NCBI GenBank assembly: GCA_034005245.1
Contig: JAVEVC010000001.1
Coordinates: 64,852-128,851, forward strand
Source: Bacteroidales bacterium
GTDB lineage: Bacteria; Bacteroidota; Bacteroidia; Bacteroidales; VadinHA17
Length of the DNA: 64,000 nucleotides
Direction of reading: 5' to 3'
Shown here: positions 9,301 through 18,168 of the stretch, piece by piece
How the letters are laid out: each line of letters opens with the position of its first letter
Numbering within the stretch: position 1 is the stretch's first letter
Notes under the pieces: model-generated
The model's database searches: none
Seen by the model: the letters and a program-made list of their open reading frames with translations, nothing else
What the model was told of the DNA's origin: nothing
Program-made: the position numbers and the translations under genes

Positions 9301-9820
9301 CATTGTGCCTGTCGAGGAACTTCTGAAGCAGTTCCTTGCTGGTAAAGTTCAGGATATCATCATCCTCTTTTGGACCATGAGCTGCAGTGCGGATAATATC
9401 GCGAGCTTTATAGCTGTTTATATGTCCTGTAATTAAGCCTGCAATATTTCTGACAAGATCCCTTTCTTCCTTAAGAAAGGGGCCCTCATCCTCCTCCCTG
9501 AATTCCGACAGGTAGAAAATATCGATGGATCCTGTCTCGCCTTCAAGGGTAGTGAAATCCTGAGACATTCTCCACTGCGTCTCTCTGAATCCTACTGATA
9601 CAAATTCAATGTTCGCGTAAGTTACCCTGGCTACCGTGTATTCAGGATATTGCCAGGCTGAAGGGAGTAAAAGCACTATCTGCTGGAGGGTTTCCTCTAC
9701 AGGCTTGCCTTCTTTGAGAATATATGTTGTTCTGTTAATACACGCTAATTCCTTCAGGCGTTCCTGCTGGTCATGCAGCAACCGGCTATATTCGGGTGTA
9801 ATATGATCTTTTTCAGCCAT
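6374..9820 (-). CDS. receiver-domain-fused PEP/pyruvate-binding (PPDK_N ATP-grasp) dikinase-like protein, paralogue B, with an extra N-terminal sensor-like domain
   Basis: 1148 aa. Motif order matches paralogue A: DLVIIM, CVISDMRFPRNG, FINKNS, GGKGRGLAF, AVRSSSLYEDS..FAGLFGT, VEIEFA, LLQIKPL, LIGPGRWGS, SLGSHFFHN. It carries about 150 extra N-terminal residues. It ends 11 nt before paralogue A starts. Confidence 0.75.
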   Translation of the reverse strand: MAEKDHITPEYSRLLHDQQERLKELACINRTTYILKEGKPVEETLQQIVLLLPSAWQYPEYTVARVTYANIEFVSVGFRETQWRMSQDFTTLEGETGSIDIFYLSEFREEDEGPFLKEERDLVRNIAGLITGHINSYKARDIIRTAAHGPKEDDDILNFTSKELLQKFLDRHNAERDVFHDLQPFKVKEILLVANLFDAYSIEGEGRFADHILGEYYHLSISSIPRVTGVSGEEEVFNRLGERHYDLVIIMVGVDKNSPVLMCRKIKDKYPYMPAYLLINNPSDMAFVEKQKALGVPFDNYFVWTGESKVFFAMVSLLEDKVNVDNDTKKGLTGVILLVEDSADYYSSYLPMLYKLVMEQTKSLIEDVSTDQLYKVLKLRARPKVLLASDWEHAVNIFDKYQNNLLCVISDMRFPRNGILHDEAGYELIKHIKTRLPNLPTVLQSSDSENRKYAFKLKSDFINKNSETLLQDLKSFINYYLGFGHFVYRDNEGRQIAVARSMKEFESYLETVPEDSLAYHATKNHFSRWLMARGEVKIARTINPLKVTDFYDLKEMREYLINIIRKRRQEMNKGRIINFEESAVIDESNVVSLTPGSLGGKGRGLAFINTLIYSFELGRLTPGISIKAPITAIIGTDEFDMFMERNHLWEKVKEEKDYQSVKELFLAGDLSYTLEKRLRIFIRHISKPLAVRSSSLYEDSMNQSFAGLFGTYILPNTHPENEVRLKQLTNAIKLVFASIYSREAKTHFEAISFKIEQEKMAVVIQEVVGNRFNGTFYPHISGVAQSFNFYPVAHMTPDEGIAVVAVGLGQYVMEGDRAFRFSPAYPAVDMMSLKDLSRNSQVSFYAVDLTKMNPDLMEGENAGLVMLDIAEAERHGTINHSASVLNPDNDALTAGLDSPGPRIINFADILKYNYVPLASSLKTVLNVVKEACGTAVEIEFAVDLMKDEKGNASFYLLQIKPLTGTVAGYNIEPETIDKDDLILLTKKSMGNGLIDNISDVIYIKPADFDNMSTGRMALEIAGMNEKMIKEARKYVLIGPGRWGSRDKFIGIPVVWPQISNAKVIVEVSHPDFHTDASLGSHFFHNVTTMNVGYLSVNQELHEDVLLWEKISNQAVVTKGQFFTHVRFSKPLLIRMDGKKGMAVISMDN

Positions 9821-9898
9821 CAGGACGGAACGGGGAAAAATAAGATTTTAAAAATACAAAAAAACTCCTTTCCGTGTACATCCCCGATCACCGGCGGT

Positions 9899-10936
9899 TC
9901 AGCCAATCTTCCAGGTGGAACCGCTGTGCAGAAGATCATCCATGCATTTGATCCTTGCTTCCTTTTTGACTGCGATTATCTGGTTTTTTACATCCTCCTC
10001 GTAGGTGTGATACGGAACTGATCTTATTACTCCCAGCGCTACCGGATATTCAGGATACTTCATATTTGCAAGCATATAATGTATCCCCGGATTCATTTCA
10101 CAAGGATCATGAACAAGGATGTCTTTTATTGTTATACCGTCCTCCCCCGGTTTTACAACTTTAAGTTTCAATCCATCCAGCATAAGGCCTTTTTCGTTGT
10201 TTGCTCCGAAAAGCATGGGTTCCCCTTTCTTAAGAATCAGGGTTCTGTCGTCGCGCACTTCCCTGTCGGTAATCTTTGAATGTATCCCGTCATTGAATAT
10301 CACACAGTTCTGAAGGATCTCAACCACTGAAGCCCCTTTATGCCTTGCAGCCTGAATAAAGATATCGGTTGAAAGCGCAACATTGGAATCAATAGTACGG
10401 GCAAAGAATTTACCTTTTGCTCCAATAACAAGTTCCCCGACAGAAAAAGGCTCTTCCACTGTACCAAAAGGAGAAGTCTTGGTGACAAGTCCCCTTTCTG
10501 AAGTTGGTGAATACTGTCCTTTGGTCAGGCCATATATTTCATTGTTAAACAATAGAATATTGATGTCAACATTACGCCTGACAACATGTATGAAATGATT
10601 CCCTCCGATTGCCAGAGCATCCCCGTCGCCTGTTATCTGCCAGACTGAGAGATCGGGATTCGCAGTTTTCACGCCTGTGGCAATTGCAGATGCGCGACCA
10701 TGGATACCATGGAAACCGTAAGTATTTACATAATAGGGGAACCTGGAGGAGCACCCTATTCCGGAAACAAAAACAATTTTTTCCTTTGGTACCCCCAGTT
10801 CAGCCAGGGCTTTCTGTACGGCACTCAGCACTGCATGATCGCCGCAACCAGGGCACCACCTCACTTCCTGGTCACTTTTGAAATCTTTAGGATTCAATTG
10901 ATTTGATGTCATATTGATCATTGCTTTATTTCTCAA
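9899..10936 (-). CDS. korB: 2-oxoglutarate/2-oxoacid:ferredoxin oxidoreductase, beta (TPP-binding) subunit
   Basis: 345 aa. Contains the WCPGCGDH motif and the GDGD TPP-binding motif (ITGDGDALAIGGNH). Overlaps the korA stop by 11 nt. Confidence 0.85.
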   Translation of the reverse strand: MRNKAMINMTSNQLNPKDFKSDQEVRWCPGCGDHAVLSAVQKALAELGVPKEKIVFVSGIGCSSRFPYYVNTYGFHGIHGRASAIATGVKTANPDLSVWQITGDGDALAIGGNHFIHVVRRNVDINILLFNNEIYGLTKGQYSPTSERGLVTKTSPFGTVEEPFSVGELVIGAKGKFFARTIDSNVALSTDIFIQAARHKGASVVEILQNCVIFNDGIHSKITDREVRDDRTLILKKGEPMLFGANNEKGLMLDGLKLKVVKPGEDGITIKDILVHDPCEMNPGIHYMLANMKYPEYPVALGVIRSVPYHTYEEDVKNQIIAVKKEARIKCMDDLLHSGSTWKIG

Positions 10937-12764
10937 GAATTTCCAGACATTTATCCTTTATATCCTTTACTGTAAAAGGCAATCCCTGAACTTTATTTAC
11001 CTGTTCATATATGAATTCAGGGTATTTCATTCTCAGGTAACTTGCAAATTGCCCCAGGTTAAGTTCACATACCACTATTTTCCTGAACCTGCTGAAGACC
11101 TCTCTTACATTCCGGGGAAGCGGATTGAGATAATTGAATGTAACGTTGCTTATTTTATATCCTTCAGCCTGAAGCTCCTGCACCGCCATTACCCGGTAGC
11201 CGTATGAGCCACCCCAGCCCACAACGAGCAGGTCGCCGGAATCTTCTCCGCTTACTGTCAGATCGGGCACTTTCTCAGCAACCCTGGCAACCTTCTCAGC
11301 CCTTGCATTAACCATTATTTCATGATTTTCCGGAAGATATGAAACATTCCCTTTTAATGTCTTTTCAAGACCCCCGATACGATGCTCAAGGCCTGGGGTT
11401 CCGGGTATAGCCCAGAACCTGTTAAATTTCTCCGGATCTCTTTTATATGCATAATACGGAAGATCAATCCCGTCGGCGTAGGGAGGTAATATATCAGGAA
11501 GCTCATCCATCGAAGGTATCTTCCATGGTTCAGTTCCATTGGCCAGATAGCCATCTGTAAGAAGAATAACAGGAGTCATGTGCTCAAGCGCTATTCTGGC
11601 AGCTTCAAATGCAAAATTAAAACAGTCGGAAGGTGTACTTGCCGCCATAACAACAACAGGACACTCCCCATTTCTGCCGAATAGGGCCTGAAGAAGGTCA
11701 GTCTGCTCAGTCTTAGTGGGAAGCCCTGTTGATGGACCTCCCCGCTGTACATCGATTATCACAATCGGAAGCTCTGCCATTACAGCTAATCCTATAGCTT
11801 CCGACTTAAGGGCCAGGCCAGGGCCGGATGTGGAAGTTACCGCCAATTTTCCTGCAAAACTTGCTCCCAGTGCAGTGCATATTCCTGCAATTTCATCCTC
11901 AGCCTGAAAGCTTATAACCCCAAGGTCTTTGCGTGAAGCAAGTTCTTCGAGTATTCCTGATGCCGGAGTGATGGGATATGAGCCAATGAAAAGCTGAAGC
12001 CCGGCTTTCTCAGAAGCGGCAATGAGCCCCCATGCTGTGGCTATATTACCGCAGATATTTCTATATTTCCCTTTGGCTATCCTTGCCGGGCTCACCCTTA
12101 TGGGAACCAAAGCTTCAATAGTTTCGGCGTAATAGAATCCTGCACGAAGAGCTATTTTATTAGCCTGGGCTATTTCAGGCCTGCCGGCGAACTTATCATC
12201 AAAGAATTTTTCGGTATGGCTCAATTTCCTGTTGAACATCCAGAATACCATTCCCAGGGCAAACATATTCTTGGTGCGCAGGACAGATTTCTGATCAAGG
12301 CCGAATTCCTTAAGGGCTTCTTTAACCATAGACGAAATTGGAACAGCGATAATGTTATAGTGTTCCAGCTTTTCCTCTACAATAGGATCGGATGTATAAC
12401 CTGCCTTTTCTATGTTTTTTTCCGTGAAGTTATCTTTATCGTAAATAATAGTACCGCCGGTCTTAGTCCACTTTATATTAGCTTTAATGGCAGCCGGGTT
12501 CATTGCAACAAGCACATCTGCGTAATCTCCCGGAGTGTAAATCTGGGAATGTCCCATATGGACCTGGAATCCGGAAACTCCTCCAACAGTACCCTGCGGT
12601 GCGCGTATTTCAGCCGGATAATCCGGAAATGTGGTCAGATCGTTGCCATAGAACGCAGCGGTATCTGAGAATAAGGTTCCGGTGAGCTGCATCCCGTCGC
12701 CGGAATCACCAGAAAATCTTATGACCACATCTTCCTTTTTAATTACTTTCGATTTCTTACCCAT
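10926..12764 (-). CDS. korA: 2-oxoglutarate/2-oxoacid:ferredoxin oxidoreductase, alpha subunit
   Basis: 612 aa. N-terminal gamma-like domain (GDSGDGMQLTG) fused to the POR alpha domain (YPITPAS). Gene order is korA then korB. Confidence 0.85.
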   Translation of the reverse strand: MGKKSKVIKKEDVVIRFSGDSGDGMQLTGTLFSDTAAFYGNDLTTFPDYPAEIRAPQGTVGGVSGFQVHMGHSQIYTPGDYADVLVAMNPAAIKANIKWTKTGGTIIYDKDNFTEKNIEKAGYTSDPIVEEKLEHYNIIAVPISSMVKEALKEFGLDQKSVLRTKNMFALGMVFWMFNRKLSHTEKFFDDKFAGRPEIAQANKIALRAGFYYAETIEALVPIRVSPARIAKGKYRNICGNIATAWGLIAASEKAGLQLFIGSYPITPASGILEELASRKDLGVISFQAEDEIAGICTALGASFAGKLAVTSTSGPGLALKSEAIGLAVMAELPIVIIDVQRGGPSTGLPTKTEQTDLLQALFGRNGECPVVVMAASTPSDCFNFAFEAARIALEHMTPVILLTDGYLANGTEPWKIPSMDELPDILPPYADGIDLPYYAYKRDPEKFNRFWAIPGTPGLEHRIGGLEKTLKGNVSYLPENHEIMVNARAEKVARVAEKVPDLTVSGEDSGDLLVVGWGGSYGYRVMAVQELQAEGYKISNVTFNYLNPLPRNVREVFSRFRKIVVCELNLGQFASYLRMKYPEFIYEQVNKVQGLPFTVKDIKDKCLEILEK

Positions 12765-12840
12765 AATAACTTTTTAAAATGAAAAATCAGCTGCTCAAAA
12801 AGTCAATATCACAATAGACAAAATTAGTTTTTCAAATGCC

Positions 12841-12880
12841 GAAAAATCAATATATTATTGAAATTTCTCAATGATATTGA
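12841..12880 (-). terminator. possible AT-rich intrinsic terminator after murI
   Basis: On the minus strand, the nested hairpin TCAATATCATTGAGAAATTTCAATAATATATTGA is followed by TTTTTCGG. Confidence 0.3.
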
Positions 12881-12922
12881 TCATGTTTTACGAAAGCCGG
12901 GAAAGACAAAGTTTATAGTTCG

Positions 12923-13723
12923 TCAACACCATATGTCAGCTTTCTGTAGGTCTATTTCACCCTCAAAAAACATTCTGGCAATCTTCCCAAAAAAGTGAGT
13001 GTAGTCAGAAACAAAGAATTGGTCGTGAGTTACGCCTGAATCATTCAACAGGTCATTCTTCTCAAGCACATCTTTGAGCACTGCAGAAACGACCCGTCCT
13101 GAATCAATTACTTCGATATTGAAATTGAAGAACTTGCTGATCTGATTCTTAATAATCGGGTAATGGGTGCATCCAAGAACCAGAGCTTCTATTCCTGACA
13201 ATGAATCATTTGAAAGGTAAGTTCTTATAATGGCGTTGCTTATATCATCAAAAATAAATCCCTCCTCGATCATTGGTACCAGCAAGGGGGTTGCAAGGCT
13301 GACAACAGAAGTATCAGGCGATCTTTTTCTCAGTTTCTGGTCATACATGCCTGAACTAATAGTTCTTTTTGTCCCTATCACACCCAGCTTATTAAATTGC
13401 CTGCTGCCAAGATAGTCAACCACCGGATCAATTACATCAATAATCACTGTGCGCCTTCCGAATTCTTCCCTTAAAGAGTCATATGCTGAAGCACTTGCCG
13501 AATTACATGCTACAAGAATGACCTTTGCCTGATGATCAAGAAGAAACTCGGTTATTCTCCGCGAATAAGACATAATTGCATCAGCCGATTTATCGCCATA
13601 AGGAAGATGAGCGGTGTCGCCAAAGTAAATGATACTTTCGCCTGGCAGAAGCTGTTTTATGGCATGAGCAACAGTCAGTCCGCCCACTCCTGAATCAAAT
13701 ATCCCTATAGGTTGTTTTTTCAC
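12923..13723 (-). CDS. murI: glutamate racemase
   Basis: 266 aa. Contains GIFDSGVGGLTV, the ACNSAS and GCTHYP catalytic cysteine motifs. Confidence 0.9.
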   Translation of the reverse strand: MKKQPIGIFDSGVGGLTVAHAIKQLLPGESIIYFGDTAHLPYGDKSADAIMSYSRRITEFLLDHQAKVILVACNSASASAYDSLREEFGRRTVIIDVIDPVVDYLGSRQFNKLGVIGTKRTISSGMYDQKLRKRSPDTSVVSLATPLLVPMIEEGFIFDDISNAIIRTYLSNDSLSGIEALVLGCTHYPIIKNQISKFFNFNIEVIDSGRVVSAVLKDVLEKNDLLNDSGVTHDQFFVSDYTHFFGKIARMFFEGEIDLQKADIWC

Positions 13724-13736
13724 AAAGAGAGCATAT

Positions 13737-13773
13737 TAAAAAAATGACCACCAGCCTGATGGCAGATGGTCAT
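13737..13773 (-). terminator. intrinsic terminator after the uppS-bamA-skp-skp block
   Basis: On the minus strand, ATGACCA...TGGTCAT (7-bp stem with internal pairing) is followed directly by TTTTTTT. Confidence 0.55.
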
Positions 13774-13791
13774 CAGTATAATTAAATAAAG

Positions 13792-14313
13792 TTATTTAAG
13801 CCCCAGTTTTGTTTTAGCCAGAGGCAGTACATTAGTGCTTTTCGATTCATCAAAGTAGATAAGCTGACCAGCAGATATATCGAATATATAAAGAAATCCA
13901 TTCTCTTTTCCGATATCCCTGATTGCCTTGTCAGCTTTTTCAGTTATAGGAGTAAACAAAGTCACCTGCTTTTCCTGCATCTGATTCTGAGCATTTACCT
14001 GAAATGTCTGAAGCCTGTTCTGGAAATCCTGGAGTTCCTGCTCCCTGTTCTGACGAACCAGGTCGCTTAGTGCTTTACTCTCCTTGAGATATGCTTCAGC
14101 TTTATTGTTATATTCGACCTGCAGCAATTCGAGCTGGTTTGCAAGTTCAGTATTAAGCTTTTCAAGTTGTACCCTGGCCGAGTCGAATTCCGGCATGGAT
14201 TGAATGAGTTCGTTTCTGTTTAAATGACCAAACTTAAAACTCTGGGCGTTCAATAGATGACCTGATAATAAGATCAGTGATACCAGAGCGGCTGCTTTTA
14301 AAGTATTTCTCAT
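13792..14313 (-). CDS. OmpH/Skp-family periplasmic chaperone
   Basis: 173 aa. Signal peptide followed by a coiled-coil-rich, Gln/Glu/Lys-rich sequence. Sits in the conserved position downstream of bamA. Confidence 0.75.
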   Translation of the reverse strand: MRNTLKAAALVSLILLSGHLLNAQSFKFGHLNRNELIQSMPEFDSARVQLEKLNTELANQLELLQVEYNNKAEAYLKESKALSDLVRQNREQELQDFQNRLQTFQVNAQNQMQEKQVTLFTPITEKADKAIRDIGKENGFLYIFDISAGQLIYFDESKSTNVLPLAKTKLGLK

Positions 14314-14355
14314 TTCTGATTTTTAAAATTTTGTGTTTTGTGCAAATGTAATTAT

Positions 14356-14871
14356 TTAATTCTTATAACCTAATTTCTCAAGAACCTGGTCGCTGATATC
14401 AAATTTCGGATTTGCAAAGAGTATGTTTCCGCCTGATGCTGTATCAAAGATGGCTGCATAGCTGCCTTCTGCTGCGATTGTTTTAATTGCCTTAAGTATT
14501 TCGTCCTGTATTGGTTTTACAAGCTCTTCCCTTTTTTTAAAGAGTTCTCCCTCCATGCCAAAATACTTGTTCTGAAGATCTTTCATTTCCTTTTCCTTGG
14601 CAATAATAGCCTCTTCCCTTTTCGTTTTCATTTCCTGCGACAGAAGGACAACATCGTTCTGGTATGCCTTGTACATCTTTTCCACAACGGCATATCCGTC
14701 TGCGATCTCTGTCTCCCACTGCTTGGAGAGCTTATCAAGCTGTTCCTGTGCAGCATTGAATGAAGGAATATTTTTCCTGATATATTCCGAGTCAACGAAC
14801 GCATATTTCTGACCGAAACCCGCAAAGGTTGCCAGAGCAAAAATAACTGTGATAAATACTATTCTTTTCAT
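14356..14871 (-). CDS. OmpH/Skp-family periplasmic chaperone
   Basis: 171 aa with a signal peptide and coiled-coil composition. Second skp-like gene directly after bamA. Confidence 0.75.
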   Translation of the reverse strand: MKRIVFITVIFALATFAGFGQKYAFVDSEYIRKNIPSFNAAQEQLDKLSKQWETEIADGYAVVEKMYKAYQNDVVLLSQEMKTKREEAIIAKEKEMKDLQNKYFGMEGELFKKREELVKPIQDEILKAIKTIAAEGSYAAIFDTASGGNILFANPKFDISDQVLEKLGYKN

Positions 14872-14893
14872 GGTGATTTTTAAATTTACTTGA

Positions 14894-17419
14894 TTAAAAC
14901 TGCTGACCTATAACAAAATGAAATTGTGATTTATTTGCATTTGAATATCTTGACGGATCGGGCACCTCATCAAAACCGTAGCCCCAGTCGATACCCAGAA
15001 GACCGAACATGGGAAGATTAGCCCTGAGTCCAAAGCCTGCCGCACGGTTCATCCTGAAAGGATTATAATCGCTGAGCTTATACCATGCCCTTCCGGCTTC
15101 AAGGAACGCAAGCGCATAAACAGTTGCCTGCTGATTAAGCGAGATAGGATACCTGACCTCAAACGTTAACTTTGAATACACGTTTCCGGAAGGGACACCC
15201 CTTACGGGATCACTGGGAGTAAGTGATCCGTTTGTATATCCCCGCAATGATATTACTTCACGGCCGTAGAAGCTGTATCCGGTCATCCCGTCACCTCCCA
15301 GGTAGAAATTCTCAAAGGGAGACGGACCAATGTCCTTGTTGTAGTACCCGAGATAACCAAAAGCAAATTTAGTGTTAAGAACCAGCTTGTCATCCCGCGT
15401 AATCGGGAAATAATAATCGGCCTTGAAGATCCATTTATGGAATTCAATCCAGTTATATTTCACCTCATCTTCAGCGTTCAGAAGGTTTGCACCGCTAATA
15501 AGCGAATATGGAGGTGTAAGCTGAAGCGACAGTGTGAATGATGATCCGCTTCTCGGATAAATAAGGTTAGGACTTGTAGAGAACCTGATAAGCCTTGTTG
15601 TAAGGCTGAAAAGATTCGAGGAGCCGTTCTCGAAAAGGAAACTATAGTAGGTAAAATCCTTTAGTTTATAACTCTGGTAATTCAATTCCCCATAGATGGA
15701 AAAGAAATCGTCGGGCCATTCAAGCCTTTTTCCGAGCCCTATAGTAGCACCGTCAATAATCATTGACTGATATGCTTCATCTGATTTCTTCTTTCCGTTT
15801 GTCATTATCGACCTGTACAAGGAGGTGGAGAATGAATTGGGTTTTTTGCCTCCCAGCCAGGGCTCTGAAAAAGAAATGTTATATGATTGATACAGCCTTC
15901 CGTTAGACTGTGCTCTTATGCTCAACGACTGCCCATCGCCGGAAGGATAAGGTCTCCACTCATTCAGTTTGAAGAAATTACGCATTGCAAAATTATTGAA
16001 TCTCACGCCAATCGTCCCGATAAGCATGCCGGCACCCCAGCCTCCGGAGACTTCAAACTGGTCATTGGCTCTCTCCTCAAGTTTGTAAAGCAGGTCTACG
16101 GTACCATTTGCGGGATCGGGCAGAGGGGTAGGATTGATCTTTTCCGGGTCGAAATGCCCTATAACGCCAAGCTGCCTTATTGACCTTATTATTTTATCCT
16201 TGCTGAAAAGATCGCCAGGCAATGTATAAAGCTCACGACGGGCAACGTGTTCATTGGTACGAGTATTTCCCGATATGATAATATTATTGAGGTAAGCCTG
16301 GTCACCTTCATATATCCTGATTTCAAGATCTACCGAATCTCCCTCCACCTTGGCCTCCACTGGGGTAAGCCTCGAAAACAGATAACCGTAATCCTGGTAA
16401 AGATTGCTCACCGCATCCTGGGCGCCTCCCGTTCCGTTCAGCCTGTCTGATATATTTGACTGATTATATACCGAGCCCTTTTTAATGTTGAGCCTTCTTT
16501 CAAGGTCCTCTTTTTTGTAGACACTGTTGCCCACCCATTCAATGTTTCTCAGGAAATACTGGCTTCCCTCCTCCACTTTCAGCATTAATTTCACGCGGTC
16601 GTCCGACACAGGGAACATAGTGTCTGAAAGAATCTTGAAATCCTTGTAACCGTTATCGTTATAGAACGTGTACAGGCTTTCCTTATCCTCATCATATTTG
16701 TCTCCGATGTACTTTGAGGCCTTGAAGAAGTTTAGATTCTTCTTCTTTGTGTTCTTCATCTTCCGGCGAAGCTGCTTGTCTTCAAAACTGTCATTACCTT
16801 CAAAAGCAATATCGGCTATTTTTACCTTTTCATTTTTGTTTACATCAATAGTGAGTATAATATTGTTTGGCTGATCCGGATCATCTTTCTGTATAAAGTC
16901 AACTTTGGTATTAAGAAATCCCTTTTCAACAAAATGATCTGAGATGATTTTCCGGGTATTATTCAGAAGAAATGTAGTCAGCTGCGATCCTACGGGCATG
17001 TTGATCTTTTCGGTAATATCCTGCGATTCTGTATTTTTAAGCCCATTATACCTGATAGAGGATATTCTTGGCCTTTCCTGGAGGGCAATGTCGAGATAGA
17101 CTGTATCAGAAACAAACCTGTTAACAGTGATCCTGACATCGGAAAACAGACCCTGCTGCCATAGCTTTTTAACTGCTGTTGTTATCTGCTCACCCGGTAC
17201 AGATACTTCCTGTCCTATTCTCAGGCCTGATAAACCAATAAGAGCATTCAAATCCAGGAACCTGACACCTGAAACAGTTATTCCTCCAATAATGTAATCA
17301 TCCATAGTGGAGTAATCGACTATTTCATTCTTTTCCTGAGCATTAATGCAAAGCGTGTTCAGGATAAGGAATATTACCAGCACACTGCTATAAAATCCTC
17401 TGTAGGTCATTAACTTCAT
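14894..17419 (-). CDS. bamA: outer membrane protein assembly factor BamA
   Basis: 841 aa. Signal peptide, POTRA-like repeats, and a C-terminal beta-barrel ending in aromatic ...FHFVIGQQF. Confidence 0.9.
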   Translation of the reverse strand: MKLMTYRGFYSSVLVIFLILNTLCINAQEKNEIVDYSTMDDYIIGGITVSGVRFLDLNALIGLSGLRIGQEVSVPGEQITTAVKKLWQQGLFSDVRITVNRFVSDTVYLDIALQERPRISSIRYNGLKNTESQDITEKINMPVGSQLTTFLLNNTRKIISDHFVEKGFLNTKVDFIQKDDPDQPNNIILTIDVNKNEKVKIADIAFEGNDSFEDKQLRRKMKNTKKKNLNFFKASKYIGDKYDEDKESLYTFYNDNGYKDFKILSDTMFPVSDDRVKLMLKVEEGSQYFLRNIEWVGNSVYKKEDLERRLNIKKGSVYNQSNISDRLNGTGGAQDAVSNLYQDYGYLFSRLTPVEAKVEGDSVDLEIRIYEGDQAYLNNIIISGNTRTNEHVARRELYTLPGDLFSKDKIIRSIRQLGVIGHFDPEKINPTPLPDPANGTVDLLYKLEERANDQFEVSGGWGAGMLIGTIGVRFNNFAMRNFFKLNEWRPYPSGDGQSLSIRAQSNGRLYQSYNISFSEPWLGGKKPNSFSTSLYRSIMTNGKKKSDEAYQSMIIDGATIGLGKRLEWPDDFFSIYGELNYQSYKLKDFTYYSFLFENGSSNLFSLTTRLIRFSTSPNLIYPRSGSSFTLSLQLTPPYSLISGANLLNAEDEVKYNWIEFHKWIFKADYYFPITRDDKLVLNTKFAFGYLGYYNKDIGPSPFENFYLGGDGMTGYSFYGREVISLRGYTNGSLTPSDPVRGVPSGNVYSKLTFEVRYPISLNQQATVYALAFLEAGRAWYKLSDYNPFRMNRAAGFGLRANLPMFGLLGIDWGYGFDEVPDPSRYSNANKSQFHFVIGQQF

Positions 17420-18165
17420 AATTTATCAGAAACCTGTTCCGTGGTCTTTCCAAATCTTCTTTCCCTGTTTTGAAATTCAATCAATGCTCTGTAAAAATCC
17501 TCCTTACCAAAATCGGGCCAAAGTATTTCCGTGAAATAAAGTTCTGTATAAGCCAGCTGCCATAAAAGAAAATTACTTATTCTTAATTCACCGCTGGTTC
17601 GGATCATTAATTCAGGATCAGGAACATGTGAGGTGGTCAGATATTGACAAAAAAGATCCTCATCAATTGAATCCGGACTTATCTTTCCATTCAGTATATC
17701 TGAAGAGATTTTTCTTGCGGCTTCTGTTATTTCCCAGCGGGAGCTGTAACTCATTGCCACAATAAGGTTAAGCCCGGTAGCTCCTGATGTAAGGGCTATT
17801 GTCTCAAGAAGTCTTTCTCTTACATCGCCTGACAACCTGTCGATATTACCAATAACATTGAATCTAATGTTGTTTTTAACCAGGGTATCTGTTTCATTGG
17901 TAAGCGATTGAACCATTATTCCCATAAGAGCGGAAATTTCTTCATCGGGTCTTGCCCAGTTTTCGGTGGAAAAAGCATAAAGGGTAAGATACCCTAATCC
18001 CAATTCTGCTGCACATTCAATGATTTCTCTGACAGCACTTACACCCTGTCGATGACCAAAGATCCTGTCCATACCTCTTTGCCTGGCCCATCTTCCATTG
18101 CCATCCATGATGACCGCCACGTGAGAGGGTAGTTTTTCAGTAATAATCTGATCTTTCAATGACAT
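17416..18165 (-). CDS. uppS: isoprenyl transferase (undecaprenyl-diphosphate synthase)
   Basis: 249 aa. Contains HVAVIMDGNGRWA, FSTENWxRP and RTSGExRxSNFLLWQ motifs. The stop overlaps the bamA start by 4 nt. Confidence 0.9.
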   Translation of the reverse strand: MSLKDQIITEKLPSHVAVIMDGNGRWARQRGMDRIFGHRQGVSAVREIIECAAELGLGYLTLYAFSTENWARPDEEISALMGIMVQSLTNETDTLVKNNIRFNVIGNIDRLSGDVRERLLETIALTSGATGLNLIVAMSYSSRWEITEAARKISSDILNGKISPDSIDEDLFCQYLTTSHVPDPELMIRTSGELRISNFLLWQLAYTELYFTEILWPDFGKEDFYRALIEFQNRERRFGKTTEQVSDKL

Positions 18166-18168
18166 TCT

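Noticed and set aside
12216-12668. 150-aa plus-strand ORF antisense to korA
   Set aside because: It is a shadow ORF with no motifs.
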